From NCBI GenBank assembly GCA_012839485.1, contig DUNF01000058.1:1272-65271 (forward strand): 64,000 nt of DNA, written 5' to 3'. Positions within the stretch are counted from its first letter, which is position 1. Every line of letters starts with the position of its first letter. The position numbers and the translations under genes are program-made. Positions 45,595-54,401 of this stretch are shown here, piece after piece. Origin of the DNA: Acholeplasmataceae bacterium. GTDB lineage: Bacteria > Bacillota_I > Bacilli_A > ML615J-28 > CAG-698. The notes beneath the pieces are model-generated. The model saw nothing but the letters and a program-made list of their open reading frames with translations, was not told the origin of the DNA and did no database searches.

Positions 45595-47316
45595 ATGAAA
45601 AAAGTATTGAAATTTGTTTTAGTTCTTTTCCTTTTTGTAGTCTTAGTAGGTTGTAAGAAGGAAGAAGCATTTAAGGCTGTAGAGAATTTAATTGACAACA
45701 TCGGTGAAGTTACTCTAGAAGACGAAGCATTAATTAATGAAATTGAAGAAAAATTTAATGCTTTAAGTGAAGAAGATCAAGAGAAAGTTGCTAACTTAGC
45801 TGTTTTAGTAGATGCACAAGTTACGCTTGATAGTTTAAAATTCTTAGCTGAATTAGACATTAATTATGATGATGCAACTTTAGCTGTATTAACTGCTTTA
45901 AAAGGCAAGATTAACAATTTAAGTAATGATGTAGCTAATAAAATTCAAAATGAAATTAATGCAGCATTAGATAAAATTAATAAACACATTAAAAATTTAG
46001 AATTCGAAGCTGCTGTGTTAGCTTTAAATGGCGAGGTTGATAAAGAAGCATTAGCTCAACTAGACCTTGTATATGAATCTATAACAGAAGAGTTTAAAGC
46101 AAAACTTAAGGCAGATATTAAACAAACATATTTTACATTATCGGCGCAAGCTAAAGAACAAGGAGAAGAAAGAATGAAATTAAAATTAGGAATCGATCGT
46201 ATTGATGAACATTTAGATTTATTTGAAGGAAAGAGAGTAGGTTTAATTACTAACCCTACTGGGATAAATTCGAAATATCAATCTACAATTGATGTTTTGA
46301 ATGAGAAAACTAATTTAGTTGCTTTATTTAGTCCTGAGCATGGGGTAAGAGGGAACTTACAAGCTGGGATTAATTTAGGAACTTATGTAGACGAAGAGAC
46401 AGGGATTACTGTTTATTCGTTATATGGAGATACAAGAAAACCATCAAAAGAAATGTTAGACGAAATAGATATTTTATGCATAGATATTCAAGATGTTGGG
46501 GCAAGATTTTATACTTATGTTTATACGATGGCTTATTCAATGATGGCCTGTAAAGAAGAAGGAAAGAAGTTTGTAGTGTTTGATCGCCCAAATCCAATTA
46601 ATGCTTCTGATTATGAAGGCAATATTTTAGATATCAATTATCGTTCTTTTATTGGTTACTACCCAACAATCCAACGTCATGGAATGACAATTGGGGAACT
46701 TGCTTATTTATTTAATGAAGAGTTTGAGATTGGCTGTGATTTAGAAGTTATTAAGATGGCTAATTATGACCGCACTAAGTATTTAGATGAATTAGATATT
46801 TTATATGTTTATCCATCTCCTAACTTACCGACAGTTAATAGTTGTATTTTATATCCAGGTACATGTATTTTTGAAGGAACTAATCTGAGTGAAGGAAGAG
46901 GTACTGCAACTCCATTTGAGTTAATTGGGGCACCTTATATAAACTCAAAAGAATTAGCTGATAAATTAAATAGTATGAATATTGAAGGAGTTTACTTTAG
47001 ACCACAATACTTTACACCGATTTATTCGAAAAATAAAGATTTATTATGTGGTGGTGTGTATATTCACGTTTTAGATCGTAAGAAATTGAAGTCAGTATCG
47101 TTAGGGTTTATCTTACTTGATACAATTAGAAACTTATATCCAAATGACTTTAAAGTTAACCCACCTTGGAGCGAAGGCGGAAGAACGATGTTAGACTTAA
47201 ATACAGGGACAGATAAGATATCTAAATACTTACTTACTTTAGAAGAACAACTTGCTTGGATTAAAGAAGATACTAAAAAGTTTGGTGAGATTAGAAGTAA
47301 ATATTTAATTTATTAA
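45595..47316 (+). CDS. namZ: Lipoprotein form of exo-beta-N-acetylmuramidase NamZ (DUF1343/GH171) with a 193-aa helical N-terminal module
   Basis: Lipobox VLVGC, then helical repeats. From Met194 (46174, preceded by a vestigial AAGGAG) it reads MKLKLGIDRIDEHLDLFEGKRVGLITNPTGI...LFSPEHGVRG...DIQDVGARFYTY, the DUF1343 pattern. Confidence 0.75.
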   Translation: MKKVLKFVLVLFLFVVLVGCKKEEAFKAVENLIDNIGEVTLEDEALINEIEEKFNALSEEDQEKVANLAVLVDAQVTLDSLKFLAELDINYDDATLAVLTALKGKINNLSNDVANKIQNEINAALDKINKHIKNLEFEAAVLALNGEVDKEALAQLDLVYESITEEFKAKLKADIKQTYFTLSAQAKEQGEERMKLKLGIDRIDEHLDLFEGKRVGLITNPTGINSKYQSTIDVLNEKTNLVALFSPEHGVRGNLQAGINLGTYVDEETGITVYSLYGDTRKPSKEMLDEIDILCIDIQDVGARFYTYVYTMAYSMMACKEEGKKFVVFDRPNPINASDYEGNILDINYRSFIGYYPTIQRHGMTIGELAYLFNEEFEIGCDLEVIKMANYDRTKYLDELDILYVYPSPNLPTVNSCILYPGTCIFEGTNLSEGRGTATPFELIGAPYINSKELADKLNSMNIEGVYFRPQYFTPIYSKNKDLLCGGVYIHVLDRKKLKSVSLGFILLDTIRNLYPNDFKVNPPWSEGGRTMLDLNTGTDKISKYLLTLEEQLAWIKEDTKKFGEIRSKYLIY

Positions 47317-47327
47317 GGAGAAAATTA

Positions 47328-49949
47328 ATGAAAAAATTACATGAATTAACTTTAGAAGAAAAAATTGGCCAGTTGTTTATAGTTGGTTTTTATGGCGAGG
47401 AGTTTAATAACGATTTACTTAATTTAATTAAAGATTATAAAATCGGAAATGTAATTTTATTTTCTCGTAATATTTCTGCGGTAAAACAGTTATATAAATT
47501 AAATAAAGATATCCATACTAATATGGAAAAACATTTAGGAATTATGCCTTTCATTACAATTGACCAAGAAGGAGGAATGGTTACAAGAATCTTTAATGAT
47601 GCAACTTTTTTTCCTGGGGCAATGACAATTGGAGCAACAAAGCTTGATAATGCTTATTATGTGGGGCAAAAGATGGGAGATGAGTTAAGAGCTTTAGGAA
47701 TTAACTTTAACTTAGCCCCAACATTAGATGTGAATAATAATCCTCATAATCCGGTAATTGGTGTTAGAAGTTATTCAAGCAGTGAAAAACAAGTTGCAAA
47801 CTATGGCATAGCTTATATTAAAGGGTTACAAGAAAAAGGAATTATTGCAACTGCAAAACATTTTCCTGGTCATGGAGATACAAATATTGATAGTCATTTG
47901 GGACTGCCAATAATTGAACATTCAAAAGACCGTTTAAATAGAATTGAACTTTATCCATTTAAAAAAGCTATAGCTTCAGGTTTAGATGCGATTATGAGTG
48001 CGCATATTATTTTTAAAGCATATGATAGTGAAAAACCAGCTACTTTATCTAAAGCAGTATTAACTGATCTTTTAAAAAAAGAGTTGGGATTTGAAGGTTT
48101 GATTGTAAGTGACTGTATGGAAATGAAAGCTATTGATGATACAGTTACTGCACCAGTTGGTGTTTTAGAAGGTTTACTTGCAGGGCTGGATATGGTTTTT
48201 GTAAGTCAAACACCTGCCAAACAAATGAAAGCAGTAGAACTTGTGAAGGAAGCAGTGTTAAATGGAAAGTTTCCTTTAGATTTATTAGATGAAAAAGTAG
48301 AAAAGATATTAAAATATAAAGCTAAATCATACGAACTATTAAAGAATGAATTTTTTAGTAAAACATATAATGAGCAAGAAGAAATATTGCTTAATCCAGA
48401 AACTAAAGCTAAAGCTTTAGAGATTGTAGCTGAATCGTTAACTTTAGTAAAAGGAGATAATGTAAATCCAAGTTTAAAAACTTTAGTTTTAGCTCCAGAT
48501 CCATTTGCCTCTACAATCATTGAAGATGAGTTTTCTAAAAATGATCGTTCAATTTACGATATGGTAAGATTAGAAAATAATCCTAACTTAGTTCCTTATC
48601 GAATTAAGATTAAACCTTCAAAAGAAGAAATAGATAAATATTTAGAATTAGCAAAAGATTATAAACAAATAGTTTTATGTACATATAATGCTACAATTAA
48701 CCGAGGCCAAATTGAACTTGTTAGAAAACTAAATAATTTGGATAAAAAGTTATATGTAATTAGTATGAGAAATCCTTTTGATATTTTAAACTTTAAGGAA
48801 GTTTCTAATTACTTAGCATTATATGAATACACACCTAATTCAATTAAAGTTTTAATTAGTTATTTAAATGGCGAAATTAAACCAAAAGGGAAATTACCTG
48901 TTTCTTTAAAGGAAAAAACCGAGTTTGGTGCAAGTGTTTATTTAGGTTTAGATGATTATAAATTGGAAGATAATTTAAAATATTTAGAAAAGTTAAAGAA
49001 AAATGGCTTTAGTTTTGTTTTTGTATCGATGCATATGCCTGAAGCAGGAAGTCATGTTTATGATGAGTTTTTAGCGATTAAGGATAAAGCTAAAAGTTTA
49101 GGTTTAGAGTTAATAGTTGATGTTTCTAAACCAACTTTTGATAAACACAAGATGTTTGGTGTTGATCGTATTCGTTTAGACTGGGGTTTTAGTAAAGAAG
49201 ATATCGTTGATTTAGTTTTAGATGGTTATGATATTGAACTTAATGCTTCGACTTTAACGGAAGAGTTAGTTGATTATTTAAAAGAAAGAATAGATTTATC
49301 TTTAGTAACGGTTAGTCATAATTTTTATCCAAAGAAATATACTGGGTTAAAATATGAAGATGTGAAGGAAAGAAACAACTTTTTAAACAATTTAGGTTTT
49401 AAAGTTATGGGCTATATTGCATCGCTAGAAAACAAAAGACCTCCTTTATATCTAGGATTACCTACAGTAGAAACAATGAGAAAGATGCCAGTTTTTCTTC
49501 AAAAACAAGAAATGGAACTTTTAGGTTTTTCGAAAATTTGTTTTGGAGATGCGATTATTAGCAATAAAGAATTAAAAGAGTTAACAGAAGAAAAGGAATA
49601 TTTTACTGTACCTTTAGTTTTAAAAAAGGGAATTTCAGAAAAAGAAAAAGAAATTATTAATAAAGTTCATCGTGTTAGAATTGATCAATCAGAGTATATG
49701 ATTCGTAGTACTAAATATCGCGGAGAAAAAGGAATTGAACCAAATAATACAGAGAAAAGATCAAAGTATGATATTACGATTGATAATGATTTGATGAAGA
49801 GATATTCTGGTGAATTAAATATTATGCTAACTGATTTAGAAGCCGATAAAGCAGTTAACGTAGTTGGTAGAGCAATTTTGAGTGATTTTAGTTTAGACTA
49901 TTTAAAGATGCAAATACCATTTGTTTTTGAAGTTATTGGAGAAGAATAA
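47328..49949 (+). CDS. nagZ-mupG: Fusion: GH3 beta-N-acetylglucosaminidase (NagZ-like) plus DUF871/MupG-type 6-phospho-N-acetylmuramidase (GH170)
   Basis: GH3 motifs: TIDQEGGMVTR, KHFPGHGDTNIDSHL, IVSDCM, ending at KGKLPVSL. After a 6-aa linker comes GASVYLGLDDYKLEDNLKYLEKLKKNGFSFVFVSMHMPE, a DUF871-type N-terminus, and ~340 further aa. No signal peptide. Confidence 0.75.
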   Translation: MKKLHELTLEEKIGQLFIVGFYGEEFNNDLLNLIKDYKIGNVILFSRNISAVKQLYKLNKDIHTNMEKHLGIMPFITIDQEGGMVTRIFNDATFFPGAMTIGATKLDNAYYVGQKMGDELRALGINFNLAPTLDVNNNPHNPVIGVRSYSSSEKQVANYGIAYIKGLQEKGIIATAKHFPGHGDTNIDSHLGLPIIEHSKDRLNRIELYPFKKAIASGLDAIMSAHIIFKAYDSEKPATLSKAVLTDLLKKELGFEGLIVSDCMEMKAIDDTVTAPVGVLEGLLAGLDMVFVSQTPAKQMKAVELVKEAVLNGKFPLDLLDEKVEKILKYKAKSYELLKNEFFSKTYNEQEEILLNPETKAKALEIVAESLTLVKGDNVNPSLKTLVLAPDPFASTIIEDEFSKNDRSIYDMVRLENNPNLVPYRIKIKPSKEEIDKYLELAKDYKQIVLCTYNATINRGQIELVRKLNNLDKKLYVISMRNPFDILNFKEVSNYLALYEYTPNSIKVLISYLNGEIKPKGKLPVSLKEKTEFGASVYLGLDDYKLEDNLKYLEKLKKNGFSFVFVSMHMPEAGSHVYDEFLAIKDKAKSLGLELIVDVSKPTFDKHKMFGVDRIRLDWGFSKEDIVDLVLDGYDIELNASTLTEELVDYLKERIDLSLVTVSHNFYPKKYTGLKYEDVKERNNFLNNLGFKVMGYIASLENKRPPLYLGLPTVETMRKMPVFLQKQEMELLGFSKICFGDAIISNKELKELTEEKEYFTVPLVLKKGISEKEKEIINKVHRVRIDQSEYMIRSTKYRGEKGIEPNNTEKRSKYDITIDNDLMKRYSGELNIMLTDLEADKAVNVVGRAILSDFSLDYLKMQIPFVFEVIGEE

Positions 49950-50866
49950 TGAAGAAAGCAATGATAGGTGTTGATGCTGGTGGCTCTTCAACAAAACTAG
50001 CCTTGTTTTTAGAAGATGGGACGATTGTAAAGAAACTAAAAGCTAAGGCAGGATCTAGTGCATCAGTTAAATCAGCTTTGGAGAATGTAGAAGAAGGGGT
50101 TTATAAGTTGTACGAAGAAGTTAAAAATGAGTATGACTTAAAAGCTATCGTTATTGGTTTAAGTGGACTTAAAGCTAATTCTAAAGAATCTTTAGAAAAG
50201 TTAGTTTCTAATTTAAAAGCAAAAACTAATCTTGATGTATTATTAAACCCTGATACTTTAATTGCTTTATACTCTCATTTAAAAGATGAATATGAAGAAG
50301 GAATTGTTGTTATATCTGGTACTGGTCATGCTTCTTTTGGTTTAAATAAAAATGGTAAATCAATGATGATTGGTGGCTGGGGGTATATGATTTATGAAAT
50401 CGGTAGTGCCTTTAGTGCTGTTCAAGATTTAATTATTAAATCAGTTAGGCATTATGAAGAAGAAGGTAAAGTCTATCCGTTAGCCCAATCTTTAATAAAA
50501 GCAATTGGTTTAAGCACAATAGATGACTTAAGAGTATTTATGTATCATAATGATAAAAAAGAGATTGCAAGTTATGCTTATTTAATTACTGATGGAGCTA
50601 AAGCTGGAGATAGAATAGCCTTAGAGATTTTAGATGATGCAAGTAAAGGTATTGCTAGGTCAATTAAATTACTTGTAAAGCATTTAGAATTAAAGGAAAC
50701 TGCTGTTTTGGGATTTACAGGAGAATATATTAAAAACTCTAAAATCTTACAAGAATTAGTATTAGAAAAATTACAGAAAGAGAAGATAAAGTTAAAATAT
50801 TTAGAAGGTAGTATTGACCCTATTTATGGAGCCTATTACCTAGCTAGGAAGAAAGGCAAAATATGA
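49949..50866 (+). CDS. BadF/BadG/BcrA/BcrD-type ATPase; putative GlcNAc/MurNAc kinase (MurK-like)
   Basis: IGVDAGGSSTKLALF phosphate-1 motif and VISGTGHASFG. The family includes the clostridial MurNAc/GlcNAc kinase MurK. Confidence 0.65.
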   Translation: MKKAMIGVDAGGSSTKLALFLEDGTIVKKLKAKAGSSASVKSALENVEEGVYKLYEEVKNEYDLKAIVIGLSGLKANSKESLEKLVSNLKAKTNLDVLLNPDTLIALYSHLKDEYEEGIVVISGTGHASFGLNKNGKSMMIGGWGYMIYEIGSAFSAVQDLIIKSVRHYEEEGKVYPLAQSLIKAIGLSTIDDLRVFMYHNDKKEIASYAYLITDGAKAGDRIALEILDDASKGIARSIKLLVKHLELKETAVLGFTGEYIKNSKILQELVLEKLQKEKIKLKYLEGSIDPIYGAYYLARKKGKI

Positions 50867-51993
50867 AAGTTATTGGTTTAATGAGTGGGACATCTTTAGA
50901 TGGTGTAGATGCTGCATTAGTAGAAATCAAAGGTAAAAAAGTTCAACTTTTGAATTTTGTTACTTATCCTTATCCTAAAGAGTTCAAAGCTAAACTAAAA
51001 AAGAATTTAAATAACGAACAAGCAAAATTAGAAGAAATCTGCAGTTTGAATTTTGAACTTGGAGATTATTTTGTTTACGCAATTGATGAAGTTTTAAAAG
51101 ACAAATATAGTTATGATGATATTGATTTAGTTGCAAGCCATGGTCAAACAATTTGGCATAATCCTAAAGGATTAAAAGGCCAAAGAGCATCTACCTTACA
51201 AATAGGAGAAGCAGCTGTAATTGTGGCTAAGACAAACATCACAACAGTATCTAATTTTAGAGTTAAAGATGTAGCCTTAGATGGTGAAGGTGCACCACTT
51301 GTTCCTAAAACTGACTTTTTGCTTTATCATAACAATAAGAAAAACATTGTCTTACAAAATATTGGTGGTATTGGTAACTTAACATATTTACCAAAAGATG
51401 CTAAGGAAGATGAAATTTTGGCGTTTGATACTGGCCCAGGTAATGTAATGATTGATTACTTTATGCACAAGTATTATGGCAAAGCTTATGATGAAGATGG
51501 TAAAAAAGCCTTTAAAGGAATAATTATTAAACCTTTATATGATTATTTAATGAGTGATAAATTTATAAAAAAAGCTCCACCTAAGAGTACAGGTAGAGAG
51601 CAATATAATGAAACGTTTTTTGAAAGTTTAGTTAAGAAGTTCAATTTAGACCAATATAGTAAAGAAGATGTTATTTGTACAGTTACAAATATTACAGTAG
51701 ATTCTATTGTCTATAACTATGAGAAGTACTTAAAAGAGATTGATTTAGTTGTAGTTACTGGAGGAGGATCACATAATAAATACGTAGTATCCGAGTTAGG
51801 AAAAAGACTAGGAGTTGAAGTGGTTACAGGAACTGACTACGGAATTGAAAATGATGCTAAGGAAGCTTTAAGTTTTGCTTATTTAGGATATTTAAGTTTT
51901 AACTATAAAACAGGAAACTTGAAATCAGTTACTGGAGCTAAAGAAAATACTATTTTAGGAAATATTACTTATGGAAGGTATCGCCATGGTTGA
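50863..51993 (+). CDS. anmK: Anhydro-N-acetylmuramic acid kinase
   Basis: MKVIGLMSGTSLDGVDAALVEI, SHGQTIWH, FDTGPGNVMID; 376 aa. Confidence 0.85.
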   Translation: MKVIGLMSGTSLDGVDAALVEIKGKKVQLLNFVTYPYPKEFKAKLKKNLNNEQAKLEEICSLNFELGDYFVYAIDEVLKDKYSYDDIDLVASHGQTIWHNPKGLKGQRASTLQIGEAAVIVAKTNITTVSNFRVKDVALDGEGAPLVPKTDFLLYHNNKKNIVLQNIGGIGNLTYLPKDAKEDEILAFDTGPGNVMIDYFMHKYYGKAYDEDGKKAFKGIIIKPLYDYLMSDKFIKKAPPKSTGREQYNETFFESLVKKFNLDQYSKEDVICTVTNITVDSIVYNYEKYLKEIDLVVVTGGGSHNKYVVSELGKRLGVEVVTGTDYGIENDAKEALSFAYLGYLSFNYKTGNLKSVTGAKENTILGNITYGRYRHG

Positions 51994-52897
51994 TTTAAGT
52001 AAACTAACAACAGAAAAAAGAAATAAGAATACTTATGATATTGATAGTTTAGATAGTTTAGGAATTATCAAGAAAATCAATGAAGAAGATAAACAAATTG
52101 CTTATGAAATTGAAAAGCATTTAGAAGAAATTGCTTCAGTAATTGATGATGTAGTAAAAAGTTTTCTAGAAGGTGGAAGACTTATTTATATTGGTGCTGG
52201 TACTAGTGGAAGGTTAGGGATTTTAGATGCAGTTGAATGCCCACCTACATTTAGTGTGGATTTTGAGCAAGTTCAGGGGTTGATCGCAGGGGGAGAGAGA
52301 GCATTTATCAAAGCGGTAGAAGGAGCTGAAGATAATAAAGAGTTAGCTGTAAAAGATTTAAAAGCAATTAATTTGTCTGATAAAGATACTTTAATTGGTT
52401 TAAGTGCTAGCGGTAGAACCCCTTATGTAGTTTCTGGCATAGAATATGGCAATAAAATTGGTGCCAAAACAGCTTCAATTGCAACATCTTTAAATAGTGA
52501 AATTGGTAAGATTGCGAAGAAGAAAATTGAAGTTGTAACTGGTGCTGAAGTTTTAACCGGTTCTACCAGACTAAAATCAGGAACTGCTCAGAAGATGATT
52601 TTAAATATGATCTCAACTGCTAGTATGATTCAAATGGGTAAAGTTTATGAGAACTTAATGATTGATGTTAACCCTACAAATGAAAAGTTAGTTGCAAGAG
52701 CATTGTCAATTATTCAAGATATTACAAAAGTAGAAAAAGAAGAAGCTGCTTTGAAATTAAAGCGATATAAAACAGTAAAAAAGACTATTTTTCATTTACT
52801 AACTAAGGAAGAATCTTTAGAAAAAATAGATTATTACTTAAATAAAAATCATGGACATTTACGAAAGGCAATAGCTAGTTATGGTAAAAAGTGTTGA
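51986..52897 (+). CDS. murQ: N-acetylmuramic acid 6-phosphate etherase
   Basis: LTTEKRNKNTYDID, IYIGAGTSGRLGILDAVECPPTF and TGSTRLKSGTAQKM are SIS-domain MurQ signatures. ATG at 51986 follows GGAAGG; the track start is 51971. Confidence 0.85.
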   Translation: MVDLSKLTTEKRNKNTYDIDSLDSLGIIKKINEEDKQIAYEIEKHLEEIASVIDDVVKSFLEGGRLIYIGAGTSGRLGILDAVECPPTFSVDFEQVQGLIAGGERAFIKAVEGAEDNKELAVKDLKAINLSDKDTLIGLSASGRTPYVVSGIEYGNKIGAKTASIATSLNSEIGKIAKKKIEVVTGAEVLTGSTRLKSGTAQKMILNMISTASMIQMGKVYENLMIDVNPTNEKLVARALSIIQDITKVEKEEAALKLKRYKTVKKTIFHLLTKEESLEKIDYYLNKNHGHLRKAIASYGKKC

Positions 52898-53615
52898 TTT
52901 AAAAAATGGCGATTATACTTTAAGAGGTATATATAGTAAAGGTGAAAGTGAAAAGATAGTAATTATGTTTCATGGCTATACTGGTCATAAAGTAGAACAT
53001 AATGGAATGTTTCGAAGTTTATCAAGGATTTTATTAAAAGAAGATATCTCTTCTTTAAGATTTGACTATTATGGCAATTTTGATAGTGATGGTGAGTTTA
53101 CTGATTTTACCTTTGATACACTATTTAGCGATGCTAGATGTATTATTAAATACGCTTATGATTTAGGCTATAAGGAAGTTGTTTTATTAGGCTATTCAAT
53201 GGGTGGCGCTTTAGCTTTAGCAGTTGCTCATGAAGAAGCAAGAATAAAAAAGGTAGTTGTTTGGAATCCTGCTGGTAATATTAATGAGCTTGTGAAAAGA
53301 AGATATGAGATTACTGAAAAGGATGAAAAAGGTAATACAATTACTTTAAACTTTTCTTTATCAAAAGCGATGTTTGATTCTAGTTTTAAATATAAGTGGT
53401 ATGAGCTAGCAAGTAAATATCAAGGAAAAGCTTATGTAATTAAAGGCGCTAAAGATTTAGCTGTGCCTTTGTTATATAACGATAAATATTTAGAAGTGTT
53501 AAAAAATAAGGTTTCTTTTATTATCAAAGATGGAGACCATGGTTTTGATAATAAAAAAGATCAAGAGTTATTATATAAGAAAACGATAGAATATATTAAG
53601 GAGGAAGAAAGTTGA
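52881..53615 (+). CDS. Alpha/beta-hydrolase (serine esterase/peptidase)
   Basis: Nucleophile elbow GYSMGGA, an HG oxyanion motif (MFHGYTG), and a C-terminal DGDHGF. Confidence 0.65.
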   Translation: MVKSVDLKNGDYTLRGIYSKGESEKIVIMFHGYTGHKVEHNGMFRSLSRILLKEDISSLRFDYYGNFDSDGEFTDFTFDTLFSDARCIIKYAYDLGYKEVVLLGYSMGGALALAVAHEEARIKKVVVWNPAGNINELVKRRYEITEKDEKGNTITLNFSLSKAMFDSSFKYKWYELASKYQGKAYVIKGAKDLAVPLLYNDKYLEVLKNKVSFIIKDGDHGFDNKKDQELLYKKTIEYIKEEES

Positions 53616-54400
53616 AAATTATAGTATGTATTAAACAAGTACCTGCAAGTACTGAGGTAGAAATAGATCCCATTACAGGTAACTTAATTAGAGATGGTCG
53701 AAATGCGAAGATGAATCCTTATGATTTATATGCGATTGAAACAGCTTTAAGAATTAAAGAGTTCAATGGTGCTCATGTAGCTACAATCTCAATGGGTCCA
53801 CCTTCAGCTTTAGCAGTATTGAATGAATCTTTATGGATGGGTTGTGATGATGCTACAATCATGACTGATCGTAAATTTGGGGGAGCTGATGTTGTAGCAA
53901 CTAGCTATACTTTAGCTCAAGGAATTAAATTAATAGGCGGAGCTGATTTGATTATCTGTGGTAAACAAACAACAGATGGTGATACTGCTCAAGTAGGACC
54001 GGAAATAGCTGAGAATTTAAAGATTCCTCATTTATGTTATGTAGATAAGATTATCGAAATTAAGGAGAAATCAATTGTTGTTCAAGTAGATATGGATCAT
54101 ACTGAAGAAGTATGGGAGATTGATTATCCGTGTTTAATTACGGTAAATAAAGGTATTTTCACACCAAGACTTCCTTCTTATAGAAGAAGCAAAAAGTTTA
54201 AAGATTATGAAATTAGACAAATTCATTTTAGTGATATGGTTGATCAAAATGAAGCGCATTATGGTCTAAAAGGGTCGCCAACACAAGTTGAAAGAATGTT
54301 CCCGCCAATTAAAAATACTGATAAAGAATTATGGGAAGATACTGATGAAAATTTAGCTTTGAAATTGTCTAACAAATTAAAGGAAATGAAGGTAGTATAA
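53612..54400 (+). CDS. etfB: Electron transfer flavoprotein beta subunit (LctB-like)
   Basis: MKIIVCIKQVP..., NPYDLYAIE, ICGKQTTDGDTAQVGP. TTG start 7 nt after AGGAGG. Confidence 0.85.
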   Translation: MKIIVCIKQVPASTEVEIDPITGNLIRDGRNAKMNPYDLYAIETALRIKEFNGAHVATISMGPPSALAVLNESLWMGCDDATIMTDRKFGGADVVATSYTLAQGIKLIGGADLIICGKQTTDGDTAQVGPEIAENLKIPHLCYVDKIIEIKEKSIVVQVDMDHTEEVWEIDYPCLITVNKGIFTPRLPSYRRSKKFKDYEIRQIHFSDMVDQNEAHYGLKGSPTQVERMFPPIKNTDKELWEDTDENLALKLSNKLKEMKVV

Positions 54401-54401
54401 G

